Shown here: positions 9,819 through 18,297 of the stretch, piece after piece
Position numbering within the stretch: the stretch's first letter is position 1
How the letters are laid out: each line of letters starts with the position of its first letter
Assembly: GCA_964535475.1 (NCBI GenBank)
Contig: CAZHTX010000002.1
Location: 1-38,664, forward strand
Reading direction: 5' to 3'
Source of the DNA: an uncultured Pirellulaceae bacterium
GTDB taxonomy: Bacteria > Planctomycetota > Planctomycetia > Pirellulales > Pirellulaceae
Length of the DNA: 38,664 nt
Made by a program: the position numbers and the translations under genes
The notes under the pieces: model-generated
What the model was told of the DNA's origin: nothing
What the model saw: the letters and a program-made list of their open reading frames with translations, nothing else
Database searches by the model: none

Positions 9819-10664
9819 GTGATTGGTTCTATTTTGTTTGTCGGTGGTGGCAGGATGTCGCGGGCAATGGCCGAAGGGATTGTTGCCAGCGGGTTGATCT
9901 CGCCGCCACAGCTGCGGATAGCTGACCACAATGCCGAATCACGCCAATGGTGGTCCCAGCGTTTCCCTGAAACACCCTGTTTTGCCTCCGCAGCAGAGGC
10001 CGAGCAGGCGCTCCCCCTAGCGGCTGATGATTTAGTTGTGTTGGCGGTCAAGCCTCAACACCTCAGCGACTGTATTGCCGATTTTCGGCAGAAATTCCCC
10101 GCTTCATGGCAGCAATCGCTGGTGGTTTCGGTGGCCGCAGGGGTCGATTTGGAATTTTTGACCGGCAAATTGGGATCCCAGCGAGTCGCCCGCGTGATGC
10201 CCAACACGCCCGCTTTGGTTGGCGCGGGAGCCAGCGCCTACTGTGGTGCCGCTGAAGTTTCCGAGGACGATCTCCAGCGGTTGCGAGGTTTGCTCGACGC
10301 ATTTGGCCGTTCGTTCGCGGTCAAAGAAAGTCAAATGGACGCGGTCACCGGGCTGAGCGGATCGGGCCCCGCCTATGTCTTTTTGTTCATCGAAGCACTC
10401 GCCGATGGCGGGGTCATGGCCGGTTTGCCGCGAGCCCAAGCTTTGCAGTTGGCAGCGCAAACGGTGATCGGGGCCGGGCAACTCGTGTTGCAAACCGGAG
10501 AACACCCTGGGATGCTCAAGGACGCGGTTGCCAGTCCCGCTGGAACAACCATTGCCGCGATCCGTTCCTTAGAGCAAAATGGCTTTCGCGGCGCAGTTAT
10601 CGATGCTGTGCTCGCCTCGGCGAATCGCAGCGCGGAGCTGCGGCGAGCTGCTGTTTCTTCGTAG
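9819..10664 (+). CDS. proC: Pyrroline-5-carboxylate reductase
   Basis: Motifs LAVKPQ, RVMPNTP, TGLSGSGPAY and VASPAGTT. GTG start at 9819 chosen because AGGAGA (9805-9810) precedes it. Confidence 0.95.
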   Translation: MIGSILFVGGGRMSRAMAEGIVASGLISPPQLRIADHNAESRQWWSQRFPETPCFASAAEAEQALPLAADDLVVLAVKPQHLSDCIADFRQKFPASWQQSLVVSVAAGVDLEFLTGKLGSQRVARVMPNTPALVGAGASAYCGAAEVSEDDLQRLRGLLDAFGRSFAVKESQMDAVTGLSGSGPAYVFLFIEALADGGVMAGLPRAQALQLAAQTVIGAGQLVLQTGEHPGMLKDAVASPAGTTIAAIRSLEQNGFRGAVIDAVLASANRSAELRRAAVSS

Positions 10665-10687
10665 ACATTAACCCACTGTAGAGTGCC

Positions 10688-10948
10688 ATGGATTCACCTC
10701 TTGTTCTGGTCGACGACAAACATGTGCCGCTCTACCGCATCATGTGGATCGCAGCCACACCACACTTCTGCGGCGAAGAGGATTGTGTTCGCGAAGGCCA
10801 ATATGAAATCATGCTGGAGATGGACGAAGTGATTTGGGCCTCGGGAAACGATCGCGACCGAGTGCTCGATGCACTCACCCGCTGGTGCGGTGACGGTCGC
10901 GGCGGTGGCGGAGCGGCGGGTAGCGACGACGAAACTCCCGGTTGGTAG
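10688..10948 (+). CDS. Small hypothetical protein with an H-F-C-x4-C motif
   Basis: 86-aa ORF 23 nt after proC on the same strand. Protein-like composition; it fills the gap before the convergent gene. Confidence 0.7.
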   Translation: MDSPLVLVDDKHVPLYRIMWIAATPHFCGEEDCVREGQYEIMLEMDEVIWASGNDRDRVLDALTRWCGDGRGGGGAAGSDDETPGW

Positions 10949-10975
10949 AGGCGTCACTCATCTGCTGATCGTTCC

Positions 10976-13900
10976 TCACCACTCTAGTTTCGCATCGCCC
11001 TCTTGCAGACGTCCTGGCTGACGCCGATTTTCTCCAGCTGTTTTTGTCAGCTTGTCACCCAAGTCGACTCGCGCCGCGGCGGCGACCGCTTCGAGCTGCT
11101 CGACCACCGCCGGGTGTTCCGCGGCGACATCGGTTGTCTCGCCGAGATCATTGTCTAAATCATATAACGCATAGCTCGCCATAGCTTGCGAGTAATTCAC
11201 GGGCGTCCCCCCCGTCCCGCCAGCTCGTCCGTCCAGCGTCCGATAGCGGTGCGGAAAAACTAACTTAAAACGTTCGTTTCGCACCGCTTGCAATTGGCCG
11301 CCACCGTAATAGCAATAAAAATGACTTCGCGGCGATTGCTCAGGATCCTCAAACAGCAGCGGCCGAATATCGACTCCGTCCAATTGATGGGCTGGCAGTT
11401 CGGCTCCGATCAGCGCTGCCACGGTGGGGAGAATATCGATCGTCGAGGCCAGCAAATCACAAGTCGTGCCAGCGGGAATTCGAGTTGGCCAGCGCATTAA
11501 AGTCGGTTCGCGATAACCTCCCTCGAACATCGTCCCCTTGCCTTCGCGAAGCGGACCGGCGCTGCCGGCGTGATCCCCATACGACAGCCAAGGACCATTG
11601 TCCGAAGTTAAAATCACCAGGGTGTTCTCAGTCGCTCCGATCTGCTCGATGGCGTCTAGAATTTGCCCCACCGACCAATCGACTTCCATCATCACGTCGC
11701 CAAACAATCCGGCTCCACTCTGGCCGGCAAATTTTTCTGAAACGTATAACGGCACGTGCACCATCGGGTGCGGTACGTAGAGGAAGAAAGGTTGGTCGGC
11801 ATGCTGCTCGATGAACTCCACCGAGCGGGCGGTGATCTGTGTGGTAAGTTGCTCCTGATCGGCGGGCTGGACATCGGCGTTAATCACCTCGGTGCCAGCC
11901 AGCATCGGCAGGCGAGGCCAAGGACCAGTGGCTTGCGGATCGGCCGCTTTTCTAGCAAGGTTCTGCGGATGCAGCGGCCACATGTCGTTGCTGTAAGGGA
12001 TCCCAAAGAACGTGTCAAAGCCATGGTTGGTCGGTAAAAATTTGGGATGATGCCCCAAGTGCCATTTCCCAAACATGGCGGTCGCATAACCACGCGATTT
12101 GCACAGCTCAGCCAAGGTGATTTCGTCTTGATTGATGCCAATCGTCGAAGACGGACCAAGTGCTCCCGAAATGCCCACGCGATGATGGTAACAGCCAGTC
12201 AGCAAAGCGGCTCGCGAGGCGGAACAAACGGCCGAAGAAGCCAAGAAGTCCGTGAACCGACGACCCTCGCGAGCCATCCGATCCAGGTTGGGTGTTGGAT
12301 AGGCGGTCGCTCCGAAGGGGCCAATGTCGGCGTACCCCAGGTCGTCCATGAATATCAACACCACGTTTGGGAGTGAACCGTCAGCGGCCGGTTGCTCAGT
12401 AGCTGTTTCTTGTTCGGCGTCGGTTTCTTGCTCAGCCTCTGTGGCTTGCTCAGCAGTCGCCTTTGCCGGCGTGTCAATCTTAGAACCTATCGGAAAACTG
12501 TGAGCCGACGGCGCTAGCCGCGGGCCTTTTTTATGGTTTTCGGATAGGTTCTTGGTCAGGACTTGAGGGTCCGTGACGTTGAGATAGTGGCCATGGTCGG
12601 CCGTGAGGATGATCACTGAATCATCCCACGCTTGCTGAGCCTCGATCCACTGCACCACTTCTGCAAAGGCCGCATCGCCACTCAGCACGGCGCCGATCGA
12701 GTTATCCAAGTTGTTATCGTGGTTTGCCCAGTCAACATCTCCGGCTTCGACCATCAACCAAAAGCCTTGGTCGCCTTGGTCGAGCACGCGAATGGCTTGC
12801 TTGGTCATTTCAGCCAAGGTGGGATTTTCGCGAACGTCTGCTGGATTATAAGATTCCGATCCATTGACCCCAAGTGTGGGATTGTATTGGCCGTCGGCTG
12901 TTTGAAACGGGAGGTGGCCGCCGCTGACTCCAAACAGCCCCAGCAAGCGGTGGTTTTCGACGATGGCTCGATCGGCGGCGGCGGCAACCAGCTCGCCGCC
13001 GTCGGTATCTGGTGTTCGCTCGACAACGACATACTTACCTCCCTGTTCGACGCTGGCCGCTCGCACATCGCCCGCGAAGGCATAACGATTGCCAGGTTGA
13101 AAATTATCGCCTTGACTCTCATCGCTACGCTTCAGTTCTCCCCAGCCGCCGCCCAGCACCACATCCATTCCTGGCAAAGGTTGATCGGGATGTGATACCG
13201 ATGGCAGACCGATAAGATCGCGGGTTAGATCTTGGTAATCATTACGAGTCACGTTGTGCGCGTAGGCTGCCGCCGGGGTGGCATGGCTAATCGGCACGCT
13301 GCTAACCAAGCCAATCCGAAAGCCACGTTCACGTTGCAATTGCCCAGCGATCGATTCGACTCGCTCGCCCGCGGCGTCCAGCCCAATGGCTCCATTATAA
13401 GTTTTCACCCCGCTGGTCATCGACGTCGCGGTGGCTGCCGAATCGGCCACCGTATGAGGTTGGCTACGGTCGCGACCGATCAAGTAATCGCGACTGGGTG
13501 GAGCGGCCCAAGGAGTGCTGCCTCCGAGCCTGGGATCATAGCCTCCCGTGGCGGCGGCTTGGGGTTCCGCCAACCGTTGCGTGTTCACGTCGAAGGTCGC
13601 TTTGCCCCGCTGCGGCGAAGTCACTACGTAACCGTAATCGGTTTCCACCCCGCGGTAATCCAAGAACGTCAAGCCAGTCCCGCGTCCCGAGTCGTAAGCG
13701 ACTTTCCCTTCCGCATAGGTGGCTGCGGCATGCGTGGTTTGCCAGTCCATGCCGTCAAAGACGATCAAAAACACATACTTTTTACCTGCCGCGATCGCTT
13801 GCTGTTGCAGCCGATAAACGTCGGTTTGATCGAAATAGTCGGCTTCCGGATTTAATGTTCCCGCCGGTACTTCGCCATACAGACGCTCCAGTTGCTCGGC

Positions 13901-14266
13901 CGAACGATAAACACTGCCCGCTTCCCTGAGAGAATCGAGCGTCATCCCGAATGTGTACAGGGGTACCATGCGGTTGCTGTGATTTGTCCATGTGGAGTAG
14001 CGACTCGGATCGACCCCCCAGTGCCCCCAAGCGGCTGCTTTTTCAGTCCAGGCAGCGGCTTGCAAATCTCGTATCGGGTCCGCTTGCGGCGAATCGCCTT
14101 GAGGCTGTTCCGAATTTGAATCGTTCGGGACAGGCTCCGAAATGAAAATTTCTTGTGGAGGGTTTTCAGCAGAGGAGTGCTGGGGGATTGCGGCGAAAAT
14201 TGCCAGAGCCGTGAAGGTGGCTAACGTAAACCGGCCAAATGGTCGGTGCCAAAGCTTGTCGATCAT
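10976..14266 (-). CDS. Alkaline phosphatase (PhoA-family) - arylsulfatase (FGly-type) fusion protein, secreted
   Basis: Signal peptide after MIDKLWH (start at 14266 preferred). AP motifs FDGM, DSAATAT, HATPAA, EAGDVDWANH and TADHGH. Sulfatase motifs PNVVLIFMDDLG, CSASRAALLTG, GKWHLG and SDNG. Single uninterrupted frame. Confidence 0.9.
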   Translation of the reverse strand: MIDKLWHRPFGRFTLATFTALAIFAAIPQHSSAENPPQEIFISEPVPNDSNSEQPQGDSPQADPIRDLQAAAWTEKAAAWGHWGVDPSRYSTWTNHSNRMVPLYTFGMTLDSLREAGSVYRSAEQLERLYGEVPAGTLNPEADYFDQTDVYRLQQQAIAAGKKYVFLIVFDGMDWQTTHAAATYAEGKVAYDSGRGTGLTFLDYRGVETDYGYVVTSPQRGKATFDVNTQRLAEPQAAATGGYDPRLGGSTPWAAPPSRDYLIGRDRSQPHTVADSAATATSMTSGVKTYNGAIGLDAAGERVESIAGQLQRERGFRIGLVSSVPISHATPAAAYAHNVTRNDYQDLTRDLIGLPSVSHPDQPLPGMDVVLGGGWGELKRSDESQGDNFQPGNRYAFAGDVRAASVEQGGKYVVVERTPDTDGGELVAAAADRAIVENHRLLGLFGVSGGHLPFQTADGQYNPTLGVNGSESYNPADVRENPTLAEMTKQAIRVLDQGDQGFWLMVEAGDVDWANHDNNLDNSIGAVLSGDAAFAEVVQWIEAQQAWDDSVIILTADHGHYLNVTDPQVLTKNLSENHKKGPRLAPSAHSFPIGSKIDTPAKATAEQATEAEQETDAEQETATEQPAADGSLPNVVLIFMDDLGYADIGPFGATAYPTPNLDRMAREGRRFTDFLASSAVCSASRAALLTGCYHHRVGISGALGPSSTIGINQDEITLAELCKSRGYATAMFGKWHLGHHPKFLPTNHGFDTFFGIPYSNDMWPLHPQNLARKAADPQATGPWPRLPMLAGTEVINADVQPADQEQLTTQITARSVEFIEQHADQPFFLYVPHPMVHVPLYVSEKFAGQSGAGLFGDVMMEVDWSVGQILDAIEQIGATENTLVILTSDNGPWLSYGDHAGSAGPLREGKGTMFEGGYREPTLMRWPTRIPAGTTCDLLASTIDILPTVAALIGAELPAHQLDGVDIRPLLFEDPEQSPRSHFYCYYGGGQLQAVRNERFKLVFPHRYRTLDGRAGGTGGTPVNYSQAMASYALYDLDNDLGETTDVAAEHPAVVEQLEAVAAAARVDLGDKLTKTAGENRRQPGRLQEGDAKLEW
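12482..12552. mobile_element. MITE/REP-like element with 17-bp terminal inverted repeats, in-frame within the PhoA-sulfatase linker
   Basis: AGAACCTATCGGAAAAC (12482-12498) and GTTTTCGGATAGGTTCT (12536-12552) are inverted repeats with one mismatch. Internal segment GTGAGCCGACGGCGCTAGCCGCGG. A related copy lies at 8687-8751. Confidence 0.7.
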
Positions 14267-14324
14267 GAGGGAGTCGCGAGAGAATGCGTGTTGTGGCGGG
14301 AGTCTAAGCACTCATCCAAAAACC

Positions 14325-14369
14325 GCTAGCCGCTGGGTTGCTAGCTGCTGTGTTGCTAGCTGCGGCTCG
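14325..14369. repeat. Three imperfect 15-bp tandem repeats starting GCTAGC, upstream of the PhoA-sulfatase gene
   Basis: GCTAGCCGCTGGGTT / GCTAGCTGCTGTGTT / GCTAGCTGCGGCTCG at 14325, 14340 and 14355. Confidence 0.7.
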
Positions 14370-14474
14370 TTTCAGGCTTGCGGAGGGTGCTGAGTGGTTT
14401 GTTACGTCGATCAGGGATACAAGCTATGAATGTAACTCCCGTAACGCATCCGAACAGGCGAAAACTGGTCTTCT

Positions 14475-15449
14475 TCATGATGAAGATTTTCGACGTGACG
14501 GTTTGGTGACAGTTCGCAGCAATGGCAAAGTCCGTCCGCCGCCGTGAAAAGTGCGTCCCGTGGGCAAGTAGTGGTCAAAAACAAACACCCCGGTGTCAAC
14601 CGCCGGACTACGCGAGCACCTTAATATGGCCGGGTAGCCGCACTCCGGGCAGCGAACTCGCAACCCGTTGGCGTCGAGTAACTTCTGCACCGAACTGACG
14701 AATTGCTGACGCTCCTGCAGACTGTTGAAGTTGGCTCCGCTGAGTTGTTGCAGATGGTGCTCGATGGTTAACCGCAGGGTGCGCTGGATGCCGGCAATTT
14801 GCTGATTCAACCGCTGCAGCCCCACTTCGGCTTGCTGTATCGGCAGCGTGTTTCCGTTGAGTCGTCGCAGAATCGCCGGCTGGATCATCGCCAGCACGCC
14901 GCTGAGGGCGCGACGGTAGGAAGAGGCCCGAGCGGCGGCTGTGGCCGAAATTTCACCCGCGGTCGCTGTCGCCGACTCTCTGCTAGTCTTCTCGGCCGCG
15001 TTTTCCAATCGTTGGCTGGGCGAATCCAGCACGATCAACTGCACCGCGCCGACCGCCTCCGGCCCGTTGCGAACAGGCCCCACCAGCACGGTCACCCCAA
15101 ATTCAGCGTGTCGTTGCACCTGTGGTTCCTGCGATTGCCACAACTGGACAACCGCCGCGTCAATCGCTTTTCGCCCAGCGGCTGGTAATTCCAATTCGCT
15201 GAAGCCCAGCTGGGCGGTTGGTGCCAAGCCTCCGCCGCCCCACGGACGCAACCAATAAGCGCTCGCGGCCGCCCCGAACATACGGCCCACTAAGACCAAG
15301 GCCTCTTCCAAGAATGGCTCCAGCGCGAGTGACTCGGGTTCGCCACTTTCCTCACAGACCTTGCGAAGCCGATCCACCTGCGCAGCCAAACGCACCTGCT
15401 CTTCGCGAGGCAGCGTCCGCAGTGATTCCACTAAAGTGGCTTTGTTCAT
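14475..15449 (-). CDS. Hypothetical cytoplasmic protein: GAF-like N-terminus, coiled coil, C-terminal CxxC...H...H putative Zn-binding domain with a basic tail
   Basis: 324 aa. GAF-like pattern (GAAASAYWL...VLVGPVRNGPEAVGAVQL), a heptad-like Q/L-rich helix, then RCPECG...FDHY...TFHGG and KPSRRK. Confidence 0.7.
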   Translation of the reverse strand: MNKATLVESLRTLPREEQVRLAAQVDRLRKVCEESGEPESLALEPFLEEALVLVGRMFGAAASAYWLRPWGGGGLAPTAQLGFSELELPAAGRKAIDAAVVQLWQSQEPQVQRHAEFGVTVLVGPVRNGPEAVGAVQLIVLDSPSQRLENAAEKTSRESATATAGEISATAAARASSYRRALSGVLAMIQPAILRRLNGNTLPIQQAEVGLQRLNQQIAGIQRTLRLTIEHHLQQLSGANFNSLQERQQFVSSVQKLLDANGLRVRCPECGYPAILRCSRSPAVDTGVFVFDHYLPTGRTFHGGGRTLPLLRTVTKPSRRKSSS

Positions 15450-15816
15450 GCCAATCCTTGTCTTCGCTAACGACCAGTCCAGTTGCCAGCTTTCGCAATT
15501 CGCAAAAAATTAGATTCTCGATTTCCGAGGTAGCTCTCGCTCGCAATCGCTTCAGCCCCAACCAGCTTCCGCTGAACATGCGTGCTGTCACTGCACACGA
15601 GCAACGATGCAGCTTGATTCGCGGCGGGAAATTGACAACCGATACCCGCTCCCGCAACACTCGGTTTACGTTTCAGGCGGCGGAATATTCATACCATTCG
15701 CCATAACCCGGCCCTCGGGCAGCGACCTGCCAGGCCAATCGTGACAGACCCTCAGACGGTCCCTGCCGTTGGCTAGTTCCGGTCGCTCCAGCGGAAAAAA
15801 AATTGTTTTCAGGAAC

Positions 15817-15858
15817 TTGACACAACGCTCTCGCGTTTTACTTATACTAAAAGTATAA
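15817..15858. promoter_or_regulatory. AT-rich promoter region with TTGACA and a perfect palindrome TTATACT-N3-AGTATAA (candidate operator)
   Basis: TTGACA at 15817-15822; inverted repeat arms at 15842-15848 and 15852-15858 in the divergent intergenic region. The -35/-10 spacing (20 nt to TATACT) is non-canonical. Confidence 0.45.
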
Positions 15859-16132
15859 CCAATAGGGAGCATGGCGAAAATGACGGCGCGAAGCCACTGT
15901 GGCGAAAAGACAACAACGCGAAATTTTTGGAACAATCGTCAGTGTCGGGAGAGGGATTCGCGAATTTTGTTCGTTCCCAAGTCACGATGCTGGAGTCGCC
16001 GCCGCCGCTGCTTAATTTGGTCGCTATTGATACAGATGAAACTTCCTTCATCCCCATGTGGAATTCCCCAAGCCAGTGTGCTTTGGGGGGATCGCCACGG
16101 GGAATCTCGTTTCGGACTACGACGAGCGGTAG

Positions 16133-18208
16133 ATGACAGTCAACCAGCAAACGGTCGAAGAAACCAAAAAGCAAATTCGCGTTCTCGTTAATGAGATCGC
16201 CGCCCTGGGCAAGTCTGGGGTGCCTGCTGAGGAATATTATCCTCAATTCCTGCAAAGGGTTGTAACCGCGCTGGCTGCGGTCGGCGGAGCGATTTGGTTA
16301 CTCGATGATGATCGCAACGTGCGATTGCAGTACCAGATCAACATGGCCGATTCGCTGTTGGATGAGCAAGGCGATGATGCCATGCGTCACCGTCGCTTGG
16401 TCCGCCGCGTGGCCTCGGCCAATCAATCGCTGCTGGTGCCTCCTTACAGTGGCACCACCGATGGCGAAGCCGAGGGCAATCCCTCGAAATACCTCTTGGT
16501 GCTCACCCCGCTCAGTCACGACAAGAAGGTCGACGGCTTGATCGAGGTGTTCCAGCGCCCCGAAGCGGCTCCGGCAACTCAACAAGGCTATCTGCGGTTT
16601 TTACAGCAGATGTCCGAGCTGGCTGGCGAGTGGATCAAGAATGAGCGGCTGGCTCATTTCAGCGACCGTCAAGTTCTTTGGCAGCAAGCCGACACCTTTG
16701 CCCGGCTCTCGCATGAGTCGCTCGATTTGAAAGAAACCGCCTACATTGTTGCCAACGAGGGACGAAGGCTGATCGGCTGCGACCGCGTCAGCGTGGCTAT
16801 TCTGAAAGGTCGCAAGTGCAAGGTGCAAGCGATCAGCGGCCAGGATACGATTGAAAATCGCTCCAACATCGTGGCTGCCTTGAATAAATTGGCGACCCGT
16901 GTCGTCGCTGCCGGTGAACCGCTTTGGCACGACGGTTCCACCGAAGATTTGCCGCCGCAAATCGAAGAGGCCTTAGAGGAGTACGTCGATCAATCTTATG
17001 GCCGGCACATTGCGGTGCTCCCGCTCCGCGAGCCGGTGCGACTGAACGCTGCCGAGCAGGCCACCGGGGCGGCGGGTGAAATCGATCGCGACGGCGACCA
17101 CCGCGGTGAGACCATCGGCGCTTTGATTGTCGAGCAGATTGAGAGCAGTTTGCCACCCGATGTATTTCACAGCCGAGTTGATCTTGTCTATGAGCATGGA
17201 ACGCGGGCGATTGCCAACTCCATGCATTATAACAACCTCTTTTTGATGCCTATCTGGCGGACACTTGGTCACCTGACTTGGGTTCTCCGCGCCCGCACGC
17301 TGCCGAAAACATTGGCTGTTGTCGGTTTGATTTTGGTGCTCATCTTGGGACTGGTCTTTATACCGTTGGAGTTGGAACTAGAAGCCAACGGGACTGTGGA
17401 GCCGACTAAATCGACACACGTTTTCTCGCCGGTCGATGGCGTGGTTCGCATTCCCGAAAGCAGCGAAATCAAACACGGCACCTTTGTCAAAGAAGGCCAG
17501 CTGTTGTTTGAGCTCGAGAATCGAGACTTGGAAATCAAGCTGACGGAACTTGAGGGCGAGCTCAATCGAACCCGCGAGCAACTAGCTAGTGTGCAAGGAC
17601 AATTATCCTTACTGACTCGTCGCGATTATGATCCCGCCGAAGCGACCAAACTTCAAGGCGAGCGGCTGGGCTTGCTCAGCCAACAGAAAACCTTGGAGGA
17701 ATCTCTCCGTTTACGGAAGAAACAGCAGGAAGAGTTGCAAATCAGGGCGCCCATCGATGGAGTGATTACGACCTGGAACTTAAACAAGTTGCTCAACAAC
17801 CGGCCCGTGATGACGGGGCAAGTGCTATTTGATATCGCCAACCTTAACCAACCGATGTACCTGCGTTTAAGAATGCCAGACAAACGCATGCACCATCTTG
17901 AATCTTGTCGTGAAGAGCGGGGCGAAGAGGGTGAAATCTTGGTTGATTTTATCTTGGCTACGAATCCCTCGGAATCATTTTCCGGCAAGTTAGACACTGA
18001 TTCCATTGAGCAGCGAACATCGACCGATAAGGACGACGGCGAAGTCGTGCGGATGAAAGTCACCCTCGACAAGGAAGTTCAAGAACAACTCCAGTCCGAC
18101 CTGCGTCCCGGTGCAAAGGTGATCGCTGACGTGCGTGTTGGCAAGCGGGCCAGCGGCTATGTGCTTGGCTATGAAATTTACGAATGGCTTTGCAAGTTCT
18201 TCTTCTAA
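16133..18208 (+). CDS. HlyD-family periplasmic adaptor with N-terminal tandem GAF-like domains
   Basis: About 390-aa N-terminal region with GAF-like motifs (AAVGGAIWL, LIGCDRVSVA), then one TM segment (TLAVVGLILVLILGLVFIPL). Lipoyl-like halves (VFSPVDGVV...VKEGQLL; IRAPIDGVI) flank a coiled coil, followed by LRPGAKV. Confidence 0.85.
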   Translation: MTVNQQTVEETKKQIRVLVNEIAALGKSGVPAEEYYPQFLQRVVTALAAVGGAIWLLDDDRNVRLQYQINMADSLLDEQGDDAMRHRRLVRRVASANQSLLVPPYSGTTDGEAEGNPSKYLLVLTPLSHDKKVDGLIEVFQRPEAAPATQQGYLRFLQQMSELAGEWIKNERLAHFSDRQVLWQQADTFARLSHESLDLKETAYIVANEGRRLIGCDRVSVAILKGRKCKVQAISGQDTIENRSNIVAALNKLATRVVAAGEPLWHDGSTEDLPPQIEEALEEYVDQSYGRHIAVLPLREPVRLNAAEQATGAAGEIDRDGDHRGETIGALIVEQIESSLPPDVFHSRVDLVYEHGTRAIANSMHYNNLFLMPIWRTLGHLTWVLRARTLPKTLAVVGLILVLILGLVFIPLELELEANGTVEPTKSTHVFSPVDGVVRIPESSEIKHGTFVKEGQLLFELENRDLEIKLTELEGELNRTREQLASVQGQLSLLTRRDYDPAEATKLQGERLGLLSQQKTLEESLRLRKKQQEELQIRAPIDGVITTWNLNKLLNNRPVMTGQVLFDIANLNQPMYLRLRMPDKRMHHLESCREERGEEGEILVDFILATNPSESFSGKLDTDSIEQRTSTDKDDGEVVRMKVTLDKEVQEQLQSDLRPGAKVIADVRVGKRASGYVLGYEIYEWLCKFFF

Positions 18209-18297
18209 CCTCCTAGATCTTACTGACTCATCACGCCAGCCAAACCCGCCGGTCTGGCGAACAAACTTATCATTCCCCCTTAACGGGTAGATTCTCA

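Noticed and set aside
15871-16191. 106-aa and 69-aa ORFs upstream of the GAF-HlyD gene as possible precursor peptides for the RRE-M50 protease
   Set aside because: Neither has leader-like or family features. The 106-aa ORF overlaps the real gene out of frame, and the ATGA overlap of the 69-aa ORF can arise by chance. They cannot be fully excluded without conservation data.
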